Virus record (IMG/VR): IMGVR_UViG_3300013132_000028
Location: 1-64,000 of that record
Direction: 5' to 3' (one strand)
From: a virus
DNA: 64,000 nucleotides
Shown here: positions 51,349-62,300 of the stretch, piece after piece
Layout of the letters: each line of letters begins with the position of its first letter
Position numbering within the stretch: the first letter of the stretch is position 1
Position numbers and translations under genes: made by a program
Notes under the pieces: model-generated
What the model saw: only the letters and a program-made list of their open reading frames with translations
Told to the model about the DNA's origin: nothing
Database searches by the model: none

Positions 51349-53358
51349 CTAGAGCTCAACTGTTGATGCTGCTACGCCGCCCAACGTGTCACGGAGAGCT
51401 GCTGCTGCACCGTTGACAGAGATGGTGGATGTAACTGCGAGGCTTTCGATACCGACCTTGGCGATACCCTCGAAGGTCTCAACGAACATCTTGTAGTCGT
51501 TGGTTCCGACGAGCGTGGAGTCGCGGATGATACCTAGGTCTAGTGTTCCGCCGTCTAGGAACAGGAATGTTCCCTCGGCAAACAGACGCCATGTGAAGGT
51601 GTCTGGGAATTCGACCATGCCACCTGCGCTCTGTGCACCAAAGACACCTGCGTCCGTCGTAAACGTAATGTTTACGTTGCGGCTTGCAAGGTAGCCTTCG
51701 ATCTCAGAGTAGGTTGCACCTAGGTTGCCATCACCAGGCATGTTTAGTGCCAAGTCAGCGATTATCGCATCTCGTACCCATGCAGGAACGATTGCTGCGA
51801 GTGGTGCGTCTGCCTCTAGGCGGTGACGTGAACGGTAACCAGCAGCAGCGCGACCAATTTGTACTAGGAAGTCGCGTGCTACACCGATTACGTTGGTAGA
51901 TGTAACTGCTACTGAGCCTGCGTCGATCTTGTCAAGTAGGTACTGCTCAGCAATACGTGAGTGCTGAATCAGACCTAGCTCGTTGTGTCGAGCTACAAGC
52001 TCTGGATATGCACGAGACATCAAGTTACCAAACTGCATTTGCATCGTGATTGCATCAGTTGCAACGGTGTTTTCACCGGCTGCAGTAACGGTCAAGCTAG
52101 CCTTTGTAGCGCCGGCTGGAGTGGTGTCTGTGGCGTTTGTCCAAGTTCCGACAGCGTTTGCTGCACCTGACAGAGTCGGTGGAGTGATGAAGCGGATACC
52201 GCCTCGATCTGCTTGGAACTTAGGAAGTGAGTCACGCACCGGACGGCCTGTTGTGCCAAAGCCAAAGATGTCGTAACGAACTTCGAATGGTGCGGCATGG
52301 CCACCGGAAGCGACGAGCGCTTCAGGTCCGGCTACTGCCTGTATCTTATTCCAGTTTGCTTCTGCATCCTGGGTTAGTTGACGGTCCTCTGGATATGAAG
52401 TTGCCAGAGATGCGACGATGTGCTGCTCTCCGTCGCCACCATTTACACGGCGTAGGCCGTGTAGGCGCTTGACGAAAGCGTCTGCTACATCTGTCATGTT
52501 TGTCATTGGTGCTCCCGCTGTATAGCCAGGAATGTCAGCGCCTGCCGTGATCGCCACGGGCGCGGCTTCTGTCGTCCTGTCTGTAGGGCGGCGGTCAGCT
52601 GGAGCTTGGACTTCCAAGCTTTCTGACTCGGTTACGGCGGCTGTCACTGTTGTTGCCTCCTGGGTTTCTACTGCGGTTTCTTCCACAGTCTCGTTGCTGG
52701 TTGCTGCGGCTTCGGCTTCTTTTGCCGGTTCTGCTACTGCTTCTGCAGTTGCAGCTGTCGCTAGCTCCGCGACCTCATTAGAGGCCTCGGACTTTTCTTT
52801 CTTTTCTTCTTCTTCTTTTGCCTCTTTAGCCTTTAGTTCTTCGGCTGAATCGGCTTTTACAGTATTCTCGTCAGCGGCTGCCTCTGTGGCTGCTGCTGCT
52901 TCGACTACTGGTTCAGCTGTTGCTGGTTGTTCTGGTTGTTCGGATGAAAGCTCCGCAGCCTTCTCCGTCTCAGTTGACGCCTCGGTCGTTGCTGCTTCTT
53001 CCTTCTTTTCCTCGGCTTTTTCTTCCTCGGCTGGCACTTCTGCTTCGCCTTCGGCTTTGGCCGGCTCTTCTTCAGGTTGATTTGCAGCTTGTTCCGTGTT
53101 GTCTGCGTTGCCACGCACTCTTGCGGCAGCTTCTGCTGCACGCGCTGCTAGCTCTGAAAGCTCTGCCTCGCGGCGAGCTACTTCTGAGCGAACAGTGTCG
53201 AGCATGTCGGCAAGCGACGTCATCGCGTCGACTGTCTGTGGAGATGGCTCTTCGCCTTCAACCGTTTCGAATTCGCTGACGATAGCACTCTGTAGCTCTG
53301 TGAGTTGTTCCTCAGTGAGCTCAGACAGCTTGTCTAGCATTTCTTTGATACGGTCCAC
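51349..53358 (-). CDS. Major capsid (hexamer) protein with N-terminal scaffold-like region
   Basis: Glu/Ala-rich N-terminus, ALVASGG, RGGIRF, GGTLDLGIIRDSTL...NDY...FVETFEG. Confidence 0.85.
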   Translation of the reverse strand: MDRIKEMLDKLSELTEEQLTELQSAIVSEFETVEGEEPSPQTVDAMTSLADMLDTVRSEVARREAELSELAARAAEAAARVRGNADNTEQAANQPEEEPAKAEGEAEVPAEEEKAEEKKEEAATTEASTETEKAAELSSEQPEQPATAEPVVEAAAATEAAADENTVKADSAEELKAKEAKEEEEKKEKSEASNEVAELATAATAEAVAEPAKEAEAAATSNETVEETAVETQEATTVTAAVTESESLEVQAPADRRPTDRTTEAAPVAITAGADIPGYTAGAPMTNMTDVADAFVKRLHGLRRVNGGDGEQHIVASLATSYPEDRQLTQDAEANWNKIQAVAGPEALVASGGHAAPFEVRYDIFGFGTTGRPVRDSLPKFQADRGGIRFITPPTLSGAANAVGTWTNATDTTPAGATKASLTVTAAGENTVATDAITMQMQFGNLMSRAYPELVARHNELGLIQHSRIAEQYLLDKIDAGSVAVTSTNVIGVARDFLVQIGRAAAGYRSRHRLEADAPLAAIVPAWVRDAIIADLALNMPGDGNLGATYSEIEGYLASRNVNITFTTDAGVFGAQSAGGMVEFPDTFTWRLFAEGTFLFLDGGTLDLGIIRDSTLVGTNDYKMFVETFEGIAKVGIESLAVTSTISVNGAAAALRDTLGGVAASTVEL

Positions 53359-53520
53359 TTACTGTCCCTCCTCCGGGCCAGTCACGACAGGCTAATTGTT
53401 AGCCGGTCTCGCTGATCAGTCGAGGTCGAGGGACTCTTAAAAAACCACATGGGCCAGAGGCACTCTACCTGATCTGTATATTACTTTGGGTTTATCAGGT
53501 CAATCTGTGAGATTTTGCGC
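53359..53520 (-). promoter_or_regulatory. Structured 5' leader/promoter region of the capsid gene
   Basis: Several inverted repeats, one overlapping the GGAGGAGG SD. Confidence 0.45.
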
Positions 53521-53522
53521 AC

Positions 53523-56450
53523 TCAGGTCAGTAACCTCAGTAACTTGCTCATCTCGGAAGAGACCTCGCTCTGTGTGAGCAAGTCTCCTCCTGACATGAA
53601 AGACTCAAGTCCGGCGATTGCCTCCTTGGCGTCTTCCCTGCCAATCTTGTCTACCACCCGGTCAATCATCTCTTTGACCAGGTCTCTCAGGGCTGGTGGC
53701 AGCTCTGAGTACTTTAACTTCATTGTCTCGTTGCCAAACGGTAGCGGCAGGTTGGCCAAGACCTCTCCGAGCTGTCTAGCGCCCTCGCGGACGTTCTCCA
53801 GCGCCTTGGAGTTTAGGGCACCTGTGTCGATACGTTCAACTACGTTGATTAGCTTTCCAGCGGCTTTGGCGGCCTCGTTGTAGTCTCCGGCTTGTGCCAG
53901 GCGGTCGGCCTCTTTAATTTCTTCTACCACTCCCTGGTTTCCACTTTCGCCTAGGTCAGCCTTCAGACGTGCCAGCACGTCTCTAAACTTTCCCATTTCG
54001 TCGCGTGGTTGAGTCTGCGGAGTGTACTTTCCACCCTCGTAGACCATCGGAGGCATGTTTTCAGCTGCGGCAGCAATACCGGCTGCTCGCACTCTCAAGT
54101 CCTCGGTCTCGGCGGCTAGCTCGACGGAGTTGCTCTTCCACTTCTCCGGAATCAAGTCAGGCCTGTCCAGCCCTCTGGCGCGGCGCATGATGTGTCTCTT
54201 TACCGCGGCTTTTCTGCTGTCTTTGGCCAGTCCGTATGACGAGATCGCGTTCTTCAGGTCCTGTACGTTCCTGATCGGGAACGAGCCGTCCGGCATCGCC
54301 TTTTTCTCGGCTGCTAGCTTCTTTCTGACTCTGCGTGAGATAAAGCCTAGCTCGTTCATGTTGTCGTCCCAGGCAGTCTCCTCGCCGTCCACTCGCAGGG
54401 CTAGCTCGGCTGCGCGGATTCGTAGTCGCTCGTTACGCTCGGCTCTGGCGGCAGCCATTCTCTCGGTTGCGGCAGCGCTCGCTGCTAGCAGTGGCTGTTT
54501 TTCTAACTGTTCCAACTTTTCAATTCTTTGTGCCAATTCGGTCACCGGATCGGACTTCAAACGCGCCAAAACTCCGGCGCCAGCGGCAACAAGTGCCATG
54601 ACCTGACCAGAGGCAACTCGTGCTCTGGCGATTGGGAAGCCAGGCACGTTTACCTGGCACACGGCTACTAGCTCTAGCCCGCCCTTGATTGGTCGCCAGT
54701 CACCGGACGGTGCCGACGCGCGGAGAGCTCTGATCTGCTCAGGCGTGGTGCCTGGACGTACTGCACCGGCTACCCAGATACCAAAAGCGTCCTCTCCAGC
54801 GTGCACGTCTGCGACTGCGGAAGCGGTGTCGTCGTAGTGCTTGGCGGCCTCGGCGGCTGTAGCGCTCAGCGAGGCGTGTCCACCTGCCAGTGTCAACTGT
54901 CCGACGGCAACATCGTTATTGTCGTCTGTACGTACCACACCGGTGTGGAAGTATGCGTACTTGCTCTTGCTCTTCGGCGGCTTAGTGCCGTAGGACATGC
55001 CTATGTGGTCGACGTGCCAGGCTGCAATGTGGCCGAACACCTGTCCCTCGTCGGTTACTGTCAGCGGAGTTGGCTTAGACAAGTTTTGGTCAAAAAACCA
55101 CGTTGCCGGTGGAACTACTGGTATCGAACCAGCGATTAAACCGCACGCGACTAACGCGGACGCCTCCATCGGGTCCATCTCTTCTGCGTACACTCCGTCT
55201 GGTATGCTCACTTGGCTCTCCTGCTCTGTCTCGGCTTGTTCGTCGAGGTAAATACGGCATTCTTGGAACGCCGGTTTTGACACTAACGTAACTGCCATAA
55301 CTCTAGCTTTGTTGATCGTAATTTTACCCCCACCTAGGTCTTGGCTTGCTTCTTCTGAGTCGTCTTTTTCTTTCTTTTCTTCCTTCGCCTCAAACTGGTC
55401 TAGGTCTGCAGACACACCCCTGATAAAGCCGCTACGCACCAGTCTCTCTGCCTCTGCACCGTAGGGGCCAGTGTCAAACACACCCACCGCGTTACCTATT
55501 CCGTTTTCCACGCGCTCCATCTGGTCTATTCGACCTACCACTACAGAACCAGCGTGGCCTTCGCCAGTCTTTATCTGCCATAGGAGCGGAAGAGGCAGCT
55601 CTCGCATCTCAATCGCGCCCTGCTCAAAAATTCTTCCGTCTCCCGACTCGACACCTTCCGGTATTACTAGAGGAATCTTAAAAGAGCCCGGCTCTGTCGG
55701 CTGTATCTCGATCTTGCCGGTCGCTACCAGATTGGCGGTAAACTTTTGAACTGCTTCTTTATGTCTGGCAGCCAGCACGCTTCTAGCCATGTACGAGTCG
55801 CTGTCTATTAAAAAGTCGGCAGTAGAAAAGTACTTTCCGCCCCTCTTTCCGTGCATCTGACGGTGACGCTTGTCTCCAGTCCACATGCCGGTTGCCTCTT
55901 TGTGCCTCAGGGCGCAGTAGCCCTTGGCGCGAGGTCCTAGGTATTTTGACAGTTGTCTAAAGCACCTGGTCCAGTCACCAGGAGTGTTCCAACGAATTTT
56001 TGCGGCACCCCTGCCATACAGCCAGTAGCGTCTCAGTTGTTCGGCCTTGCCTCTGTTTCGGTCTAGTCCGCCTGCAGCCGCAACCGCCACTAAGTCGCCG
56101 GTGCTAGAGCTGTATATCGCGGTCAGACGACAGTCCACCGGCTCTACCCATGAGTACGCTGCCGCTGCCACTGCCTCTGCACCGTCTATCTGCTCCAGAA
56201 CCTGGGTCAGCGACTGGTCGTCGAGCACGACGATAGGCGGGGGCGTAGGAGAGTTTAGGTCGGCAAGTACTCGCTCGTCCTTCTCCCACTTTCCTGGCTT
56301 ACGTGTAAACGTGGTTGGTTTGGTGGAGTCAGAGGAGGCGGGAATAAGCGCCACTAGGTCCAGGACCGCCAGCGGGTCGTCTGGCGCGACGATCGCCATG
56401 TACACGGCGGCCATGTCTGAGGTTTCTGGCGTCAACTCTTTTGTGCTCAT
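53523..56450 (-). CDS. Capsid maturation protease, multidomain
   Basis: EGVESGDGR...LPLPLLWQ...GH...VVG...GVSADL...TLVSKPAF, plus GHIAAW...SGDWR and DGSFPIRNVQDL domains. Confidence 0.8.
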   Translation of the reverse strand: MSTKELTPETSDMAAVYMAIVAPDDPLAVLDLVALIPASSDSTKPTTFTRKPGKWEKDERVLADLNSPTPPPIVVLDDQSLTQVLEQIDGAEAVAAAAYSWVEPVDCRLTAIYSSSTGDLVAVAAAGGLDRNRGKAEQLRRYWLYGRGAAKIRWNTPGDWTRCFRQLSKYLGPRAKGYCALRHKEATGMWTGDKRHRQMHGKRGGKYFSTADFLIDSDSYMARSVLAARHKEAVQKFTANLVATGKIEIQPTEPGSFKIPLVIPEGVESGDGRIFEQGAIEMRELPLPLLWQIKTGEGHAGSVVVGRIDQMERVENGIGNAVGVFDTGPYGAEAERLVRSGFIRGVSADLDQFEAKEEKKEKDDSEEASQDLGGGKITINKARVMAVTLVSKPAFQECRIYLDEQAETEQESQVSIPDGVYAEEMDPMEASALVACGLIAGSIPVVPPATWFFDQNLSKPTPLTVTDEGQVFGHIAAWHVDHIGMSYGTKPPKSKSKYAYFHTGVVRTDDNNDVAVGQLTLAGGHASLSATAAEAAKHYDDTASAVADVHAGEDAFGIWVAGAVRPGTTPEQIRALRASAPSGDWRPIKGGLELVAVCQVNVPGFPIARARVASGQVMALVAAGAGVLARLKSDPVTELAQRIEKLEQLEKQPLLAASAAATERMAAARAERNERLRIRAAELALRVDGEETAWDDNMNELGFISRRVRKKLAAEKKAMPDGSFPIRNVQDLKNAISSYGLAKDSRKAAVKRHIMRRARGLDRPDLIPEKWKSNSVELAAETEDLRVRAAGIAAAAENMPPMVYEGGKYTPQTQPRDEMGKFRDVLARLKADLGESGNQGVVEEIKEADRLAQAGDYNEAAKAAGKLINVVERIDTGALNSKALENVREGARQLGEVLANLPLPFGNETMKLKYSELPPALRDLVKEMIDRVVDKIGREDAKEAIAGLESFMSGGDLLTQSEVSSEMSKLLRLLT

Positions 56451-58330
56451 TTTTTGGCCTTAGGTACTACTGAGGGAGTGGCAATCGGAATCTGGTTTGG
56501 CTGGTAGTAGACGTTCGGTCCCTTTCCGATAGCGGCTCGTTGTTCGCCTGCTTTGTCGCGTTTAGCAGTTATCTTAGAGGCGTCTTCTTCCGGTTTATCG
56601 ATCGTTCCCTCCCGGCCCTTAGTGATTATAGGGTTGTACCAACCCCTGTTTACGTATCTCTCTACTCCGTCTTTTCCCTTGTACTTCTGGTCTAGCCAGT
56701 CACGCAGCATCGGGTCATTGTAGGCGTTTGGCGCGGTTCTCACCGTTCCGAAAGTCACTGGCTTGGCTGGCGTCGCTGCTGGTGCCGTTGCTGCGTCTGC
56801 GTTTCCAGTCTTTAAGTTGCTGCCTTGGGCAGGCGTCGTACTTACGTTGGACGCTGCCTCCGGACTCACGCGCTGAGCTGCTGCCCAAGCGCTCCAGTCT
56901 CTCATCAGAAGCGAGACGTCGTTCTGTGTCAGCGCCGGTAACAGTCCTGGCAGCGATATTGCAGAACTGCCCTGCGGCACTCTAGGCTTGGCCAGTAGTC
57001 CAGTCGTGTCTAGCCTGCCTCCATCAAATCTTTCGGCCTGACTTTGCACCTCAGTCTTGTCGTCCACGCCCTGTGTAAACTGTGCTCCGACGGTAACTAG
57101 TTTGCCGTCAGACAGCTCCACGCTAACCTGACCGGTCTTGCTGTCTACGGACTTGACGGTGCCGACCGCGGACCTGTCGCCGCCTATGAATACTTTTGTA
57201 CCGGCCGTCGCAAACTTTCCGGCCGCGTCTCTGACCTGTACTTTCGCGTTGTCTGAGCGCTCGTCGGACGTGTACACTCCGGGAGTGCTGTCTTTGCTCA
57301 GACCCTCTTCGCCCGCTGCGGTGACCGAGGCCCGGTCTATGAGCTCCCAGTCTATCTCGTCGGCAGCGTCGGCTACCAGCATAGCCTCCTCTGGGTCTAG
57401 CATGGACGGTCCGATACTTGAGTACGGATTTTGCTTTAGGAATGCAGAAACTTTCATGGCAGACATCGCGTCTATGGAGACGTGGATTCTGGGCGCCTTG
57501 TCGTACGGTTCGTCCAAAGATTTATCGTACGTATTGAAGTCGTGCGCAGTGTGCCCTAGGTCTTCCCATCCATCGCCGTCCCAAACAAAAACTTCTCCTT
57601 CTGGCTGTACTTTGTACAAACGGTCGATGCCGCCGTTCTCTAGATTTACGCGGACTACAAACTCTGGAGCTAGCTCTACGTTTATCGACTCAGCGTCAAA
57701 AAATTCTTTAACGTCTTGGGTGTTGTCGCCGTATAAATCGTATTCCGCCTCGAGCATGCCGGAGTATGCGTCAGCGCGAACACTTTTCTTCTTTTTATTT
57801 TCTCGTTCGACGATTGCTCTCGCCCAGCGCCAGGCAGGGTCTCCACCCCAAAGTGCCCAGGCAATACGACCTCTGCTAGGGTAGCCGTCTTCTCCTGGGC
57901 CCCAACCCTTGCCCTTCTTGTCTACCTCGTGACGTGGGAAGTACTTTGCAATGTGCCTAATCTTTCTGATGCCGATCTGTCCGCCGCGGGCCAGTGTTCT
58001 GGCGCTGTTCACGCCGACCGGAGTTCCACCGCGGTTGTGTTTTGCACGCCACTCTAGTCCTCGTTTTGCCTCTGCCTGTGCGGCCTTTGGCACAGTGTAC
58101 ATGCGGTCTCCGCTTGCAACTATACGAATGTCGAGGTCTGTCAGTGCGCCTAACGCGAGGTCTGTCATCGCCCTAGTCGGTTTGTCGTGCGGCTTCTGCC
58201 ACTTTGCACTTGCCAGCAGGACACCGGTAGTTCCAGTACGTACAATCGTATTGGTCTCAGTGTCAAGCACGGCTGCACGACTTTCATCTACGAACAGATA
58301 AAGACTTCCGTACTGACCCGCTAGCCTCAC
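56447..58330 (-). CDS. Head-associated multidomain hypothetical protein
   Basis: AKRGLEWR...GGTPVG...YFPRHEVDK...IAWALWGGD domain; RDAAGKF motif. Confidence 0.6.
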   Translation of the reverse strand: MRLAGQYGSLYLFVDESRAAVLDTETNTIVRTGTTGVLLASAKWQKPHDKPTRAMTDLALGALTDLDIRIVASGDRMYTVPKAAQAEAKRGLEWRAKHNRGGTPVGVNSARTLARGGQIGIRKIRHIAKYFPRHEVDKKGKGWGPGEDGYPSRGRIAWALWGGDPAWRWARAIVERENKKKKSVRADAYSGMLEAEYDLYGDNTQDVKEFFDAESINVELAPEFVVRVNLENGGIDRLYKVQPEGEVFVWDGDGWEDLGHTAHDFNTYDKSLDEPYDKAPRIHVSIDAMSAMKVSAFLKQNPYSSIGPSMLDPEEAMLVADAADEIDWELIDRASVTAAGEEGLSKDSTPGVYTSDERSDNAKVQVRDAAGKFATAGTKVFIGGDRSAVGTVKSVDSKTGQVSVELSDGKLVTVGAQFTQGVDDKTEVQSQAERFDGGRLDTTGLLAKPRVPQGSSAISLPGLLPALTQNDVSLLMRDWSAWAAAQRVSPEAASNVSTTPAQGSNLKTGNADAATAPAATPAKPVTFGTVRTAPNAYNDPMLRDWLDQKYKGKDGVERYVNRGWYNPIITKGREGTIDKPEEDASKITAKRDKAGEQRAAIGKGPNVYYQPNQIPIATPSVVPKAKK

Positions 58331-59370
58331 TGGGACTCTCCCTTCCGACTATCGTCGGTAATCGGTCCGCCTGAAATCCACGCATCGCACGTGCGAGCAG
58401 ACGCACACTTGAAGTCTAGCGCCTCGCAGTAGCCTAGGTCTGCGGCTTCGATCGTGTCCCAGCCAGCGGAGGCGGCTAGTCCACTCGCTATGCACTCTTT
58501 CATCTCTGAGGTCTGAATAAAGGCCGCGCAGTTGCCGCAGCGGCTTGTCTTTGCCTCTTCGATCGTGACCGACCACTTTTCAGCCTTCTTCTGCCAGAAC
58601 TCTTCGTTTGGTTCCTCTGGGTTCATGGGACCGTATCCGATGTCGTCTATCGCATTCTGACGATTCTCTAGGTTTAGCGCCAAGTCCTGTGTCGCCGGCG
58701 GGCAGACAAACTCCCCGGCGGCTTTAATCGTTTTTTCTTTTGCTGGACGTTCTACGTCCTCGCGGGAGAGCGGCTTTCCACTTTTTTCTGCCTTGTCAAA
58801 CGTCTCTATGAAGTCAGGAGAAACCTCTACGATAGTCATGCCGTCGAACTCTGTGTGCTCAGGCGGAACCCTGAACCAGGCCGAATTATTACGGCTAAAC
58901 ATTCCGGCGTCAGAGGTGTAAACTAGTTCCTGCACGTCTTGCGCGCTCTCGTCGAGTAGGGCGATTAGTGACTCTCCGTCTCCCGGGTCCCCTGGACTAA
59001 ACGCCATAATAGTCTCCCTCATGTACATACCTTCTAGGGCTTCGGCTGGAACTGGTACTCGAAGAGTCGATGCCCAAGACCCGTCTGAGTCTTGAAACGC
59101 CCTAACAGTGTACGCCTTGCCGTAGCTATTGAACGTTATTGTGCCACTACTTCTGTCTACTGTTACGTCGTTTTTGCTCCCTAGAGGATACTCTAGCACC
59201 TCAGATAGAGTAAACAGCGCCATTACTGGACCGTCCTCGTCGTGGTCAAACCAGGCAACCTCCGACACGGCGAAGGTCTCTCTCGGCTTGTCTAGAGTTT
59301 CAACTACGGCAGGGCCTAAGTATCCAGTTTTGTAGTCTTCCGGTATGGTAAGTTTTCTCTGCTCGGTCAT
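58327..59370 (-). CDS. Head-region hypothetical protein with Cys-rich C-terminal domain
   Basis: CPPATQD...YGPxNP...RCGNCAAF...GYC...CxxxRTCDAW. Confidence 0.6.
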   Translation of the reverse strand: MTEQRKLTIPEDYKTGYLGPAVVETLDKPRETFAVSEVAWFDHDEDGPVMALFTLSEVLEYPLGSKNDVTVDRSSGTITFNSYGKAYTVRAFQDSDGSWASTLRVPVPAEALEGMYMRETIMAFSPGDPGDGESLIALLDESAQDVQELVYTSDAGMFSRNNSAWFRVPPEHTEFDGMTIVEVSPDFIETFDKAEKSGKPLSREDVERPAKEKTIKAAGEFVCPPATQDLALNLENRQNAIDDIGYGPMNPEEPNEEFWQKKAEKWSVTIEEAKTSRCGNCAAFIQTSEMKECIASGLAASAGWDTIEAADLGYCEALDFKCASARTCDAWISGGPITDDSRKGESQ

Positions 59371-59386
59371 GGTTGCCTCTGTCTCT

Positions 59387-62300
59387 TTACTTCTTCACCG
59401 GTATAAGGTCGTCCCACGATGAGGCGCCGTACTTCTCTGGCGGTACTCCATTGTCGAGTAGCATTTTAACTAGACGTTCACGCACCGCCGGGGACACACT
59501 TATGATGGCCAGGTCTGCCCACGATATTCCGTTCTTAAACATCAGTTCGTAGGTGCCTGATCCTGAAGTGGGCTTGGCTGGTTTTATCTCACCGATCGGG
59601 TCGGTCTCCTTCATGCGCTTTCCGTACTGGTCCTTGAAGTTGGCCCAGAAGTCCAGCCGTGAGTACAGCTTCAGCGGGTCAAAGTGAAAGTACGCGTGAC
59701 TGTCTGCTGCTACAGAGTAGGGCTTCATGGTTGCCTTAGGCTTCGTGAATAGGTAGTCTGCTCCCCCTGTTCTTATGTCTGCGTCGCTTGAGTCGCCCTG
59801 GCCACCAATTCCCTCTGTCCAGCGGACTGACGTGGCTTTTAGGCCGTCTTCCAGCATGAGCAGGTTGAACATCTCCTGGGCCGCTGAGTCTGCATTGTTT
59901 GCACCCTTGATTCCAAAAGAGTGAGTTATGGCGCCAGTCTCTGTTTTTTTAACCATGTACTCTGCTATTGCATTGCTCGTTCTGTACGACAGTCTGTCGT
60001 TTAGGTCGTAGGCCGGAGTGTCTAGGTTTAGCCACATCTGTTCATAAGGCAGTCCCAGCAGCTTCTCTATCGCCTTGAGCTTCGCCTTGCGGGCAGCTCC
60101 AACTACGTTTTTTGCCGGATCAATTTCTTTGCCAAAGATGCTAATTAGACGGTTTTCAGCCAGAACTCTTACGTCCTCTTTGGTTGCCGGTCTAGGGGCA
60201 CGCACTCCGCCTAGCTTCATGCCTCTTGCGATTGCGTTGGCGGTGGAGGTTGCGTCCTGCTGCTCTGGCACTAGTACCTCTACCCTATTGTGAAAAGCAA
60301 GTCCTTCTCGACTAGTATTCAGACTGCTCACCGGCTTTGAGTCTCTATTTGCTCTGTATACTCTGATAACTGCACCGGTAATTTTGTCCGTTATTACGTA
60401 TGTAGTTGTTTCATTGTAGGAAGAAGAGTACTCCACGTCCATCTGGCTACCAGACTTTACTATTGCCATGCTACCGTCTGCGTTTCTTCGCATCTTGGGC
60501 ATTCTTATGCCTTGGTTTATGAGTAGATCGTACTCGTCTGTGTTCGGCACTTTTTTGAGGAGCTCAGCTACTAGATCGTCTCCAGCCCAAGACGTGAGTT
60601 TGAAGCTGGCGCGTGTGTAGGTCTTGTCGCCGTCTACTATAGTCATCATGTGCACGTCTAGGTCTTCAACGTCTCCTGCGTCTACTGCAGCAGACCGACC
60701 GCGTGCTCCGGCGGCTGGGCTGCTCTGCACGTGCGCAACTGCGTCTACTAGAGACTTGACGCCTGCACCCGTGAGCTCGCTCTGCGACCAGTCTACGCTA
60801 GCTAAGTCTGGGTCGTCTAGCTCTGGTACGTTTACTCCGGGACCCGCCTCTGTCAGTTTTGTCTGGTCAAACAGCCTGCCACCCGTTACTTTGTCGACGG
60901 AGCGGACTTTTTTACTTCCGTCTAAGAACTGTACCTGTACGTAGTTCTCGTAGCCCTTTGCACCTGGAAAACCGTAGATCACACCCTCGTCGCCATTTGC
61001 GTCGGTCACGGTTACGCCTTTGTACAACCAGTTATTAAATCTGTCTTTCTTAAACTTTTGATTTGCGCCCGGCGGCGGTGCAAACTGGTCCTTAATCGGG
61101 GCAAGATCGTCTTTCTCAAAAGCTAAGCCCAGCCAGGTAGCGTGCGGACTGTCTGCCTGTACATGCTGAAAGTGTGGATTATCCTTGTAGTATTCGTTGG
61201 TCTCTGACGCCACCGTAATTTTTCCGTCGCTCGTAATTATTCCTGGTTTTGGTTGATCTTTTACACCAACTATAAAAACACCACTGTACTGAGAGTAAGC
61301 TACGTAGTCTATCTGCGACTTTTCTTTAGTGGTCTCTAGTGCGTTGTAGCGAGTAAACTCTTCTATGTAATTTTTTGCAGCGAGTGCGCCGTATTTAAGC
61401 GCAGAGTTTGTGTCAAATGGACCAAAGTCAATCTCGTTGTTGGCTACTGTTTTCTTGGTGGCGTCTGCCCACTCGTCTGGAGTGTACGACTTTAACGGAG
61501 ACTCAGACTGGCTGGACGAAGACGGCGGCGGTGGTGGATTAGGTACGGTCGGCTGCGGTGTGTTTATTTCGGTGCCGCTCTTTGGTGAACGAGTGCTCTT
61601 TATTACTGTCTTTCCACTGTACTCTACGTACTGTTGATTTCCGTTAGTGTGCTGTAGAAACATGCGAAACTTGTGCGTCTTCTTTCCTTTGTTGTAGGCA
61701 GCACCGTGCGACGACACGCGCGCCCAGCCGGAGCCGTACGGAATGTAGTCTCCAACTTTAAGATTTTCTACCTTGGTGTCTTTCTTTTCGTACAACTCTG
61801 GGTTGTCTAAGTCCTTCTTGTCTAGAGCCAGCGCTGGATTGCCAACCGGCGTCTTCGTGGTAGAACTCTTCGGCTCGGCTGCGCCGCTCTTTTCTTTCTT
61901 CTTTGCTTCGAGCAGGTTCTTGACTAGCTCCACCGCCTTGGCGTTGTTTCCGCCGATGTGCCAGTCGTACTTCTTGTCCGGGTCAAGCGAGTCCGGTGTT
62001 TTCCAGTCGTACAGCCTGGCGAATATAGCTGCACCGTCCGGGCTCTCAAAACGCATTGACCACTCTTGCTGTACTTTGTCGCCAGAGCCGTACTCGTACG
62101 GCTTGCCTAGAAGCTCGGTCAACTCTTTTGGAGTGTACTCCACGGTCTCGTTGAGAAAATAGCTACCAGACACAAACGTAGTCGTGTCGTTTATGTTTGT
62201 AACCTTGTACGAGTCTGTCGTGCCTAGCTGTGGCTCCGGCGGTGCGGTGTACTTTTGTTCGGCCGAAAGTTCTGCGGGCTTTGGCTTGACCGGGTCTGCA

